The notes under the pieces were generated by a model. The model made no database searches, had not been told where the DNA came from, and worked only from the letters and a program-made list of their open reading frames with translations. A program made the translations under genes and the position numbers. This document shows positions 38,619-47,739 of a DNA stretch of 64,000 nucleotides, in pieces. Positions within the stretch are counted from its first letter, which is position 1; every line of letters starts with the position of its first letter. The stretch is from Candidatus Delongbacteria bacterium (GTDB lineage Bacteria; UBA4055). Location: the NCBI GenBank assembly GCA_016938275.1, contig JAFGUZ010000059.1, forward strand, positions 9,977-73,976, in the 5' to 3' direction.

Positions 38619-39434
38619 TTACACGCACTCCAGTTTTTTCTTGAAACTTTTATAATGGTGATATGGCAGCTTAGATTTCCCAATCAGTATCTTACCATTC
38701 TTAATACCACCATGACAATCACTTCCACCAGAAATATAAAGATGATTTTTAACTGCCAGATTTGTAAAATATTCGATTTCTTTATTTTTATGAAGAGAGT
38801 GGAATACTTCAATACCATCAAACCCTAATGTGATTAGATAATCTAAAATCTCTTTATCATTAAGATAATAAATAGGATGAGCTAAAAAAGACAATCCTCC
38901 TGATTTTCTGATCAGATCAATAGCAGTCTTAGGATCAATTTTATATTTTTTTACGACATACGGTGAGTCTGATGAAAGAAATCTTTTAAAAGCATCGTTA
39001 AAATCATAACATTTGCCAATTCTAACCAACTCTTTTGCTATATGTGGTCTGCCTGGGTTTGAGTTTAAAAGAACAGTGTCTTTATTAACTAAAATTCCAT
39101 CACTAATTAGATTCTCACATATTTTTTCAGCTCGATTTACTCTGCTATCTATCATCGTTCTGAGATGATCTTTAAGTTCTGAGGTATTAGATATATTTAA
39201 ACCTATTACATGAACTTCTGTATTCTCGTGATAGGAAGTTAGTTCTATCCCTTTATAAAACATTATACTGTATAGTTTTGACAGATACCTCCAGTCAAAA
39301 TCTGGATAAATATCATGATCAGTTATACTGATAGTGAACACACCCTTTTTCTTTGCAGTGTGAAAGATTCTTTCAGGAGTGAATAGACCATCAGAAAAAT
39401 TCGAATGAATGTGAAAATCGCAATAACCACTCAT
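38619..39434 (-). CDS. PHP-domain phosphoesterase (TrpH/YciV-like)
   Basis: CDFHIHSNFSDGLFTP...ISITDHD matches the PHP metal-binding motifs of TrpH/RNase AM-like proteins. Confidence 0.7.
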   Translation of the reverse strand: MSGYCDFHIHSNFSDGLFTPERIFHTAKKKGVFTISITDHDIYPDFDWRYLSKLYSIMFYKGIELTSYHENTEVHVIGLNISNTSELKDHLRTMIDSRVNRAEKICENLISDGILVNKDTVLLNSNPGRPHIAKELVRIGKCYDFNDAFKRFLSSDSPYVVKKYKIDPKTAIDLIRKSGGLSFLAHPIYYLNDKEILDYLITLGFDGIEVFHSLHKNKEIEYFTNLAVKNHLYISGGSDCHGGIKNGKILIGKSKLPYHHYKSFKKKLECV

Positions 39435-40138
39435 TAATTTTCTGCTAACCCAAATGTTTTAACAAATCTTCTATAATCTGGAATTCTGATCTGCTTCCCA
39501 TTTTTTACTAGTAGACCATTATTCTCAAGTTTTTTTAATGTTCTTGATAATGTCTCTCTAGATGTACCACAAAAGTTTGCAAGATCTGCCTGATTTACTA
39601 TCTCATCGATTATCATTTGACCTTCTTCAATATATCCACTTTTTTTAACCAATAGATTAAAATTTACAAGAATTCTTTTTTGAGCTGTATCAAGGAACAA
39701 GCTTTTTATAGAAGTATCCGTATTTCGTACTCTTACAGTAAAAATTTTTAGAAGATTCATTGTAAAGTTGAAGCTTTCCTGTATAAACTTAAAGAACGCT
39801 GCTTTTGAATAAGTTAATAGAACAACATCCGTAATTGTTATGGCATTTGCGGAACGAACATCATTATCTATTATCGACATCTCTCCAAAAAAATCACCAG
39901 AACTTAAAATAGCAAAAATTACTTCATTCCCATTTTCATCAATTTTAGTAATTTTCACCATCCCACTTTTTAAAATGTAAAATATCTCTCCAGGTTCAGA
40001 TTGGATAAATATCGTTGATTTTTTTGGAAATTCTTTAACATTTCCATTTTCTGCAAGCATTTCAATCTCATCAGCATTCAGATTTTCACAGAGTGATGTT
40101 GATTTTAGAAACTTTACTTTGTCTTTTACTTCCATCAT
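39434..40138 (-). CDS. Crp/Fnr-family transcriptional regulator
   Basis: N-terminal cNMP-binding beta-roll (GDFFGEMS) and a C-terminal HTH (RETLSRTLKKLENNGLL). Confidence 0.8.
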   Translation of the reverse strand: MMEVKDKVKFLKSTSLCENLNADEIEMLAENGNVKEFPKKSTIFIQSEPGEIFYILKSGMVKITKIDENGNEVIFAILSSGDFFGEMSIIDNDVRSANAITITDVVLLTYSKAAFFKFIQESFNFTMNLLKIFTVRVRNTDTSIKSLFLDTAQKRILVNFNLLVKKSGYIEEGQMIIDEIVNQADLANFCGTSRETLSRTLKKLENNGLLVKNGKQIRIPDYRRFVKTFGLAEN

Positions 40139-40142
40139 ACAC

Positions 40143-41219
40143 CTATAAATATTTTTTTAAACCCTTGGCTTTTATTGAATCAACCAAATCCTTTACGTCT
40201 TGAGATCTGGAAAGTTTTGTTACTAATAGAGCATCTTCTGTATCAACAATAGCATAATCATCAAGACCTATAGCGGTAATTAATTTATCTTTTTTATCGG
40301 AATAAACATAACAATTATGTGAGTCTATTGCTATAAATTTTGAATCCTCTACATTGTTCAATAGATTTTTTTCCTTAAATCTGTGAAGTTCAAACCACGA
40401 ACCAACATCAGACCATCCAAAATCACCTCTTAGTACAAAAACAGATTGTGATTTTTCCATCACTCCATAATCTATTGAAATTGATCGTATCTCACCATAA
40501 ACTCTTTCTAAAACTTGTTCAAAGGAGTCATCATTTATAGAATTTGAAATTTCCATTAAGCCTTCATAGAGATCTGGGATATGTTTTCTTATAGCGTTCA
40601 AAATAGTTTCTATTTTCCAAACAAAAATACCGCTATTCCATATAAAATCTCCACTTTCTAAAAATCTTACGGCTGTTTGAAAATTTGGTTTTTCAGCAAA
40701 ATTTAACACCTTATGAACATTCCCAATTTTTTCTTCACTTAGCTGTATGTAGCCATAGCCCGTTTCAGGATGTGTAGGATCTATCCCAATTGTCACTAAA
40801 GCTTTCTCATTAATGTCAATATAATCAAGTGCTTCCCTTGTGATATCACAGAATTTGTCAACATTTCGAATATAATGATCGGCAGGAAGAACAATCATTT
40901 TCTCATTGGTATCGATCGTTTTTAAAATTATTGCAGATAGAGCAATAGCTGCAGATGTGTTTTTTCCTATCGGTTCAGCAATTACATTGGACTCCTTGAG
41001 ATCTGTATTTTTTAAAATCATCTCTTTTTGGTTCACTGATGTTACAACAAATATCCTATCCAAAGATGTTAGATTTTTTGCTCTTTCAATTGTATTTTGA
41101 AGCATTGATTTTTCATTTACTATATTCAAAAGATGTTTTGGGCTTGATACTCTACTTCTAGGCCAAAATCTGGAGCCTACTCCACCAGCCATTATCACTA
41201 CAAACAAATTACCCTCCAT
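40143..41219 (-). CDS. manC: Mannose-1-phosphate guanylyltransferase
   Basis: VIMAGGVGSRFWPRSRVSSPKHLL nucleotidyltransferase N-terminus and a GMP-type left-handed helix C-terminal region. Confidence 0.8.
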   Translation of the reverse strand: MEGNLFVVIMAGGVGSRFWPRSRVSSPKHLLNIVNEKSMLQNTIERAKNLTSLDRIFVVTSVNQKEMILKNTDLKESNVIAEPIGKNTSAAIALSAIILKTIDTNEKMIVLPADHYIRNVDKFCDITREALDYIDINEKALVTIGIDPTHPETGYGYIQLSEEKIGNVHKVLNFAEKPNFQTAVRFLESGDFIWNSGIFVWKIETILNAIRKHIPDLYEGLMEISNSINDDSFEQVLERVYGEIRSISIDYGVMEKSQSVFVLRGDFGWSDVGSWFELHRFKEKNLLNNVEDSKFIAIDSHNCYVYSDKKDKLITAIGLDDYAIVDTEDALLVTKLSRSQDVKDLVDSIKAKGLKKYL

Positions 41220-41287
41220 TAATAATGCTTAAAAATAAGCAAACAAAAACAAATCCCAAAGAAAATACTTATTTTTTTATTCTATTA

Positions 41288-41316
41288 TTGACATTTATAT
41301 ACATTTGTCATATAAT
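41288..41316 (+). promoter_or_regulatory. Perfect-consensus sigma70 promoter (TTGACA-17-TATAAT) upstream of the TM2-domain gene
   Basis: TTGACA at 41288-41293, exactly 17-nt spacer, TATAAT at 41311-41316. AAAGGAG RBS 7 nt before ATG 41347. Confidence 0.55.
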
Positions 41317-41346
41317 AAAAGTATATGATTATGAAAGGAGACTGGT

Positions 41347-41763
41347 ATGAGAAATAAATACGTTGCGGCACTTTTAGCTTTTTTCCTAGGTTCGTTTGGA
41401 GTACACAAATTTTATCTTGGAAGATATTTCCAGGGACTAATTTACCTGCTATTTTTCTGGTCTGGGCTCGCTACATTTATTTCAATTATAGAAGGAATAA
41501 TCTACTTATCTATGGTTGAATCAGACTTTGACAGAAAGTACAATTATGATAACCCTGGATTTTATTACGCTTTTCAAAATGCAAGACGTGAATTTGATCC
41601 ATTCCTTCACAATTTTGATTACAAGGAAAAACTAAACAAGATGAAAGAGAAGTTCAGAAATCATACCGAGGCAAAAGATGTAACCTATTGTTCAAATTGT
41701 GGTACTCAAAATAGTAAAAGTTCTACGTTTTGTTCGAATTGTGGAAGCATGATCAATATTTAA
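41347..41763 (+). CDS. TM2-domain membrane protein with a C-terminal double zinc-ribbon
   Basis: AALLAFFLGSFGVHKFYLG matches the TM2 domain core. C-terminal CSNCGTQ...CSNCG zinc ribbon. Confidence 0.65.
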   Translation: MRNKYVAALLAFFLGSFGVHKFYLGRYFQGLIYLLFFWSGLATFISIIEGIIYLSMVESDFDRKYNYDNPGFYYAFQNARREFDPFLHNFDYKEKLNKMKEKFRNHTEAKDVTYCSNCGTQNSKSSTFCSNCGSMINI

Positions 41764-41884
41764 TCTATTCTTAAGGATGTTTAGAGTAAACAATTTAGTT
41801 GTAAATAAAAAGTTGTTAACTATAAACATCCTTATCGTTTGTTAACTTTATATTTCATTCTATTTTCGAGTACAAAACCAAAAA

Positions 41885-41900
41885 TGTGATCTAGATCACA
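41885..41900. promoter_or_regulatory. Perfect 16-bp palindrome TGTGATCTAGATCACA (CRP-consensus-type TGTGA-N6-TCACA), flanked by A/T runs
   Basis: Exact match to the class CRP half-site consensus. It lies 120 nt upstream of the TetR gene and downstream of the TM2 gene, and could also fold as a terminator hairpin followed by TTTTTT. Confidence 0.4.
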
Positions 41901-42023
41901 TTTTTTAAAATTAAACTCCAAATATGTTGTTTTTTTTTTAATTATTGTATTGAATAACTATTGCCTTAGTTAATTTTTAACTTTATATTAACTATCGAGT
42001 TAAAGCAATCTGGGAGATATTTC

Positions 42024-42641
42024 ATGAAAACAAGAACTGCAGGGCAAAGAACAAAAGCAAAAATTGCAAGAGTCTCTGAGAAAGTATTTGCTGAGAAGGG
42101 ATTTGATGCAGCTAGAGTTGATGACATTGCAAAAAAGGCGGGAGTAAATAAGGCACTTATTTACTATTATTTCGATAGTAAAGAGAATTTGCTGAAAGAA
42201 GTTCTACAAGTTAACGCCCTTGAAATTGTAAAGGCTATTGAAGAAGACTTTGAAAATGCTAATCAAGAGAACTCAGCATTAACTTTTGATTTTTATATGT
42301 CAATTATTGATCATCTGAAGAGAAAGAGAAATGTGCTAAAAATTCTAATGTACGAAATGTTAAATCCTTCAAACAAAAAGCCTATGATTTTTGATATTCT
42401 TGATATGACGTTTCAAAGTTTAAAAAAACTTATTGACAGATCTGGCAATAAGATTGAGGATGAAGAGACCTATAAGTTAAATCACTTTTTTTATCATTTT
42501 ATACCAAGTATGAGTTTTATCTTAATAGGTGATAAGTATTGCAACACATACAACGTTGACTATGATAATAGTTTTGACAAATTCATAGAAGCATTTCATA
42601 GTTTAAAGTTGTGGTCATATGTTCCTTCAGATAAAAAATAG
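42024..42641 (+). CDS. TetR/AcrR-family transcriptional regulator
   Basis: N-terminal HTH TKAKIARVSEKVFAEKGFDAARVDDIAKKAGVNKALIYYYF is the TetR_N signature. Confidence 0.8.
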   Translation: MKTRTAGQRTKAKIARVSEKVFAEKGFDAARVDDIAKKAGVNKALIYYYFDSKENLLKEVLQVNALEIVKAIEEDFENANQENSALTFDFYMSIIDHLKRKRNVLKILMYEMLNPSNKKPMIFDILDMTFQSLKKLIDRSGNKIEDEETYKLNHFFYHFIPSMSFILIGDKYCNTYNVDYDNSFDKFIEAFHSLKLWSYVPSDKK

Positions 42642-42783
42642 TACTACTTTTTAAGTTATTTTTTTTCTTGCTTAGTTATTTAAACTATATATATTTCCTG
42701 CTTCTCGGAATTAAGCCGATGAAGCGGGAGAATAATTCTCTGGGGAATGAGTAATTGAAATATTGAACTTTGTTTAGGAGCAA

Positions 42784-43731
42784 ATGATGTATAACAAAAA
42801 AGTAGTGATTGCTATTGGAGGAAACTCTCTTACTCCGAGTGATGATACAAACTGGATAAGTTCCCAGTTTAAAAACACAAGAACTAGTATTGAATCAATT
42901 ATACCGTTGATAAAAGCTGGTTACGATATGGTAATTACTCATGGTAATGGTCCTCAAGTTGGTATAGCACTAAGAAGAGTTGACGAAACAAAACATTTTA
43001 TGCCAGAAATACCTCTGGGTGTATTGGTTGCTGATACTCAAGGCAGTATTGGGTATATGATTGAACAATCTCTTATCAATTCTTTAAAAAATCATGGTAT
43101 TGATAAGGAAGTTGCTACTTTAGTAACTCAAGTTATTGTTGATCAAAATGATCCAAAATTGCAAAATCCAACAAAGTTTGTAGGTAAGTTTTATACTGAA
43201 GATGAAGCAAAAAAACTTGAAGAAGAATACGGTTGGATAATTAAAAAGGATTCAAATAGAGGTTATAGAAGAGTAGTTGGCTCACCTAAACCAATTAGTG
43301 TACAAAACTTTAAGGTTATTGAAACTCTAATGAATAATGGAAATCTTGTAATTGCTACTGGTGGTGGTGGAGTTCCTGCATATGTTGATGAAAAAGGAAA
43401 TCTAGAAGGTGTTGATGCTGTTATTGACAAAGATTTTGCATCTGCAAAAGTCGCAAATCAAATTGGTGCTGATGAGCTTTACATTTTAACAGCTGTTGAT
43501 AAAGTTGCAATTAATTTTGGAACACCTGATCAAAAGAACCTTGACATAGTTACTGCCGATGAAATTGAAAAGTATCTTCACGAAGGGCAATTCCCTGCCG
43601 GAAGTATGGGTCCAAAAGTAGAAGCTGCTATTGAATTTATTAGGAATGGTGGTAAAAGAGTAATTATAACTGCTATAGATAAACTTATGGCATCAATTGA
43701 AGGTAACGACGGAACTAGCATCATTCCATAA
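42784..43731 (+). CDS. arcC: Carbamate kinase
   Basis: KVVIAIGGNSL...ITHGNGPQVG matches the ArcC N-terminus, with a 315 aa amino-acid-kinase fold. Confidence 0.85.
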   Translation: MMYNKKVVIAIGGNSLTPSDDTNWISSQFKNTRTSIESIIPLIKAGYDMVITHGNGPQVGIALRRVDETKHFMPEIPLGVLVADTQGSIGYMIEQSLINSLKNHGIDKEVATLVTQVIVDQNDPKLQNPTKFVGKFYTEDEAKKLEEEYGWIIKKDSNRGYRRVVGSPKPISVQNFKVIETLMNNGNLVIATGGGGVPAYVDEKGNLEGVDAVIDKDFASAKVANQIGADELYILTAVDKVAINFGTPDQKNLDIVTADEIEKYLHEGQFPAGSMGPKVEAAIEFIRNGGKRVIITAIDKLMASIEGNDGTSIIP

Positions 43732-43750
43732 TCAATATCTTTTAAAAAAA

Positions 43751-43782
43751 AACGGATGACATTTTGTCATCCGTTTTTTTTT
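43751..43782. terminator. Bidirectional rho-independent terminator (ACGGATGAC-ATTTT-GTCATCCGT flanked by A9 and T9)
   Basis: 9-bp perfect stem between convergent arcC (+) and a lipoprotein gene (-). Confidence 0.7.
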
Positions 43783-43813
43783 AATATTAGAACAAACGAA
43801 AGTATAATTAGAA

Positions 43814-44908
43814 TCAATAGTCATAAACAGTAATCGTCAAGTTTTCATTATCAAAACCTAAAACAAAGTCATCTTTAAATTCAAAATTATCAAAATCTGC
43901 ATTAAGTGTTATTTGATTTATAAAAATACCATTTTCAAATATATCATAAACATTCTTGCGTTTATCAGAATCTTCCAATGCTGGTCGTACCCAAATTCTG
44001 TCGTATTTATCGACAAGAATATTTTTTACTAGCTGCTTATTCTTTATCTCTGATTTAAATACTCCATCTAATTCGTCCTTTACAGATTCTATATACTCTT
44101 TTGAGAATGGAATCACTTTACACTTTTTGGAAATAACTTCTATTTTACTCATATCAGAATTATATTTTTCAAAATCGTAGTTGGTAAAGCTTTCCTTACT
44201 CATATGGTAGAAACCTTTTGAATCATAGCAAACCTGATCACCATTACTCCCATAATTTAATTTATTTTTACTTGTATCAATTTTCTTCTCAGAGATATTC
44301 TTAATAAAGTTTAAATTATCATCAAAAACTGAGATATACTTCTCCTGAAAAATTGTTGACGTTGGTTTATCAAATAGCAATCCAAAGTAAAAACTAAGCA
44401 CGATCCCATTTGAAATTATAAAATTAGAAGGAGTCTCTTGAAACTTGGAATGAATTACTTCATTTACAGGATTACCATTATAATCAAACAGAAATGATTT
44501 TAACTGCTCACTTGTAGTGACAAAAACCTTTTCATTGATAAGTCCTAATTCACCACTAGAAGAAAACTCAAATGGACCAATACCTTTACGCCCAAAATTT
44601 CCGATATAATTACCGTCTTTATCTATCATATGGACACAATATCGATTATTGTCCATAATAAAGATTCTACCATCTTTGTTCATTTCAACATCATAAATAC
44701 TGTAGACCATTAAACTATCTGGAATAATTTCTTTAATATTATATTCTTTTATCTTTTTTAGATCAATTTTAAAATCTTTATCAAGTTCAAAATGGTTTGA
44801 AACAAATCTTATTCCATCAATATTCTGTTCTGTATATGATCTCTTAATACAACCAACCAGCATCAATGATAATATCAAAATCATAAATTTAATTAGCGTT
44901 CTAAACAT
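43814..44908 (-). CDS. Beta-propeller (NHL/TolB-like 6-blade-type) lipoprotein, paralog A
   Basis: Lipobox LVGC. Repeated beta-strand blades with F-G-x-x-G-x-G-P-x-E-F-type motifs (NFGRKGIGPFEF). It shares collinear motifs with 44952..46112 and 46122..47240. Confidence 0.5.
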   Translation of the reverse strand: MFRTLIKFMILILSLMLVGCIKRSYTEQNIDGIRFVSNHFELDKDFKIDLKKIKEYNIKEIIPDSLMVYSIYDVEMNKDGRIFIMDNNRYCVHMIDKDGNYIGNFGRKGIGPFEFSSSGELGLINEKVFVTTSEQLKSFLFDYNGNPVNEVIHSKFQETPSNFIISNGIVLSFYFGLLFDKPTSTIFQEKYISVFDDNLNFIKNISEKKIDTSKNKLNYGSNGDQVCYDSKGFYHMSKESFTNYDFEKYNSDMSKIEVISKKCKVIPFSKEYIESVKDELDGVFKSEIKNKQLVKNILVDKYDRIWVRPALEDSDKRKNVYDIFENGIFINQITLNADFDNFEFKDDFVLGFDNENLTITVYDY

Positions 44909-44951
44909 ATTTTTCCTTTTTTAAAATTTGAGGAAATTAAACATTACTAAA

Positions 44952-46112
44952 CTATTTCTCTACTAGATTATACTCATAAACAAGTAAACAATTTGAAAAG
45001 ATATCCTTAATATACATCTTATCTTTTCTTAGTGAAATATATTTCCCGCTATTCCACTGAGTACAACTATCAAGAACTGATAATTCAGATCTCGACAAAT
45101 ATTTTCCTTCTTTAAATATATCAACATAACAAATTGATCGATTTTTTTCATTTCTCTCAACAGCAGGATATACCCAGAGATTTTTATCTTTATCAATCAT
45201 CATGTCATGAAGTGCTAACTTATTTTTTATCTCTGGTAAATCTTTGTAGTTAGCAGGTCCATAACTTAATACACCTTTTTCTCGATGATACTTACTATCA
45301 AATTGATTGTATGAAATCTTAGCGTATGGCTTAGTAATTACTCCTGTTTTTAATCCGCTTGCGTCGAACACATTTATCAAAAATTGATTCTCACTTATAT
45401 CACCTATGTAGATTTTTGATTTATCTGCTTTGATTACTGGTGAAAAATCTCTGCCATAACTAATAAATGGAAGTTCTCTTTCATCACTCCATAATATTGT
45501 TGGAATTGTATCTGTTTTTGACTCTCTAATCTGAAAACCATGAATTAGTTTACTATTTTTCTCCGTATTTTCAAACTTCTGGAATCTAGATAATAAATGA
45601 CCCTTATCAAGCTCAGTTTCTAAATTCAGATCATCAGATTTCTTCTCGCTTAGAAAATTTCCATTCAGATCGTATCTGATTATTTTTTTTTGCTGATGAT
45701 CTCCAACAAAGATTGTGTCTGATACAATTCTTATAAAAACAGGATTGGTTGTTTCTCCTGGTCCACTTCCTCTCCTGCTAAATACTTTTATCATATTACC
45801 TAATGAATCAGTCTTAAAAATTTTACACTTTTCTCCATCAAGGAAGTAAAAATTATTAACACTATCTAATGAGAAATCAGAAACAGATAGATTCTCTGTT
45901 TTTTCACAGGAGTAATCTATTTTGGTAATCAGATTACACTCAATATCTATCTTTTTTTCAGGTATTGAACTATTTTTATGAAAAATTGGATATTCAATTT
46001 TCTCCTCAACCTTTTCAATAGGGTCATGTTCTGAAACTACAGCCGTGTTTTGATTTTTCTTAGAGCATGAAAACAGCAAACTAAAAATTATAAGATAAAA
46101 AGTAAATTTCAT
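44952..46112 (-). CDS. Beta-propeller (NHL/TolB-like) lipoprotein, paralog B
   Basis: Lipobox LFSCS. Motif VFSRRGSGPGETTNP parallels paralog A, and both share a C-terminal KNLWVYP / DRIWVRP motif. Confidence 0.5.
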   Translation of the reverse strand: MKFTFYLIIFSLLFSCSKKNQNTAVVSEHDPIEKVEEKIEYPIFHKNSSIPEKKIDIECNLITKIDYSCEKTENLSVSDFSLDSVNNFYFLDGEKCKIFKTDSLGNMIKVFSRRGSGPGETTNPVFIRIVSDTIFVGDHQQKKIIRYDLNGNFLSEKKSDDLNLETELDKGHLLSRFQKFENTEKNSKLIHGFQIRESKTDTIPTILWSDERELPFISYGRDFSPVIKADKSKIYIGDISENQFLINVFDASGLKTGVITKPYAKISYNQFDSKYHREKGVLSYGPANYKDLPEIKNKLALHDMMIDKDKNLWVYPAVERNEKNRSICYVDIFKEGKYLSRSELSVLDSCTQWNSGKYISLRKDKMYIKDIFSNCLLVYEYNLVEK

Positions 46113-46121
46113 AATCTTCCC

Positions 46122-47240
46122 TTAAAATTTGTATTCAAACAACTTTGTTTTATCGTTTTCAGTAGCGAGAAAAAGAAGTGAATTTTCAGTAAAAACAAAT
46201 CTCATTCCTACACGACTGAAGTTCATCTCATAATCATCAGGAAAGATTTTAACTTTTCCCAGAAACTCATTATTCTTATTGAAAGCAAAAGCATAAAACT
46301 CTCTTGAATCGTCCATCGTATAGGTGAAAATTAAGATATTTCCATTCATATCTACAAGAAGATTATACATATATGGCATATATTCAGGAAATTTAAGTTC
46401 ATTTTTCATCTTAGAAAGAAGATCTTCTTCAGATAATTCATTATTTTCATACCAATTTCTTGTTATATCGTCATTACGATATACGACTTCAAGGATATTC
46501 TTATAATAATCATCCTTAATCTTATCATCAATTTTTATAGGGTCTAGACGAAATTCTAATGTTTTAATTTTCTTTCCTTTGTTATCATAAACATTAGCAT
46601 TTTTGCTCATGTTGTTTGCAACAAGAATATTATTTTCATCTATTTTTCGTATATATAAATTGCAAGAAGAATAGGCGGTATTGAATACAAATTTTTTCTC
46701 TTGAACTAAATAACTCCAGGTACCTCCAAAACTTTTATCGTATAAAGATTCAAGCTCTTGTTCCTTTTGTGTTTCTAGATTTCGCAGCATTGCTACATAT
46801 TTAATACTACTTTGTGTAGTAGTAAATCCTTCAAGAATGACATTATCTTTATCTAATGGAATCATGTTAAAAACACCATAATCAATAACAGTTTTTCTTT
46901 TAACTTTACCATCAAAACCATACATCCTTATATTTCCGGCAACATCGCTTGTTGCAAGGAGTTTATCATATGTTAAACCAAAAGCATCTCCTTTAACTTC
47001 AAATGAATGTAAAATCTCATCTGTTTGAATATCAAACACCAGAACTTTATCTGCCTTTCTCCCGGTGATTAGATATTCGCTACCCTCAACGTGATAAATC
47101 TTGTTATAATTTTCAAGATCTTTACCGCTTAGGTGAATAACACAATTATCCAGTTTCATCTCACCGGATTTATAAATCTCTTCAGGTGTTGTTGCAAAAA
47201 GAGATATTACTAATACCAAAAGTAAAATCATTTTTTTCAT
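46122..47240 (-). CDS. Beta-propeller-like secreted protein, paralog C (SPI signal, no lipobox)
   Basis: Signal peptide. Same size class (372 aa) and a similar blade pattern to A and B. It directly follows the anti-sigma gene. Confidence 0.45.
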   Translation of the reverse strand: MKKMILLLVLVISLFATTPEEIYKSGEMKLDNCVIHLSGKDLENYNKIYHVEGSEYLITGRKADKVLVFDIQTDEILHSFEVKGDAFGLTYDKLLATSDVAGNIRMYGFDGKVKRKTVIDYGVFNMIPLDKDNVILEGFTTTQSSIKYVAMLRNLETQKEQELESLYDKSFGGTWSYLVQEKKFVFNTAYSSCNLYIRKIDENNILVANNMSKNANVYDNKGKKIKTLEFRLDPIKIDDKIKDDYYKNILEVVYRNDDITRNWYENNELSEEDLLSKMKNELKFPEYMPYMYNLLVDMNGNILIFTYTMDDSREFYAFAFNKNNEFLGKVKIFPDDYEMNFSRVGMRFVFTENSLLFLATENDKTKLFEYKF

Positions 47241-47250
47241 TTAGTACTCC

Positions 47251-47739
47251 TTAATTTTTTATTTCAATTCTTATTTTTCTTTGATTAAAATCCTTATTTG
47301 GATCAGTATCGTAAAGCTCATAATGATTATTCCAATTTTCATTCTTTTCTTTATCAGAAATAGTAAATAGAATTGTTCTATTATTGAATAGTTCATTTGG
47401 ATCTAAATCTAAAGACTCATCATAGGATATGAAGATATCCTTAGAAGGTTTTTCAATAATGAAATTATAGCTTATTACCAGCATGACTATCATAGCTGCA
47501 ACTGTAGCAAATCTACCCATATAATAAAGATTATTATTTCTTTTATAATTTTTTACTAACATCTTAGCAGGAATTTCAGTTTTAATGAATTTCACAAAAG
47601 TATCCAGTTCTGCTAAACTTTTCTGACAATCCGTACAATTTTCAACATGCTTGGATACTTCCATCATCTCAATATCAGACAGTTCATTGTCATAATATTT
47701 TTGCATTTCTTCTTTTTTTGGACATTCCATATTATTCAC
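47251..47739 (-). CDS. Zinc-finger (ZAS-type) anti-sigma factor, single-pass membrane protein
   Basis: N-terminal HVENCTDC (H-x3-C-x2-C) and a TM helix FATVAAMIVMLVISYNFII. It overlaps the sigma-factor gene by 8 nt. Confidence 0.65.
   Translation of the reverse strand: MNNMECPKKEEMQKYYDNELSDIEMMEVSKHVENCTDCQKSLAELDTFVKFIKTEIPAKMLVKNYKRNNNLYYMGRFATVAAMIVMLVISYNFIIEKPSKDIFISYDESLDLDPNELFNNRTILFTISDKEKNENWNNHYELYDTDPNKDFNQRKIRIEIKN

Noticed and set aside
42700-42760. Imperfect 8-bp stem (CCTGCTTC ... GAAGCGGG) with a 16-nt loop upstream of arcC, considered as a possible riboswitch or attenuator
   Set aside because: I could recognise no conserved riboswitch core. A single G-U-containing hairpin in a 5' UTR is insufficient, and it is more likely incidental or a simple operator region.
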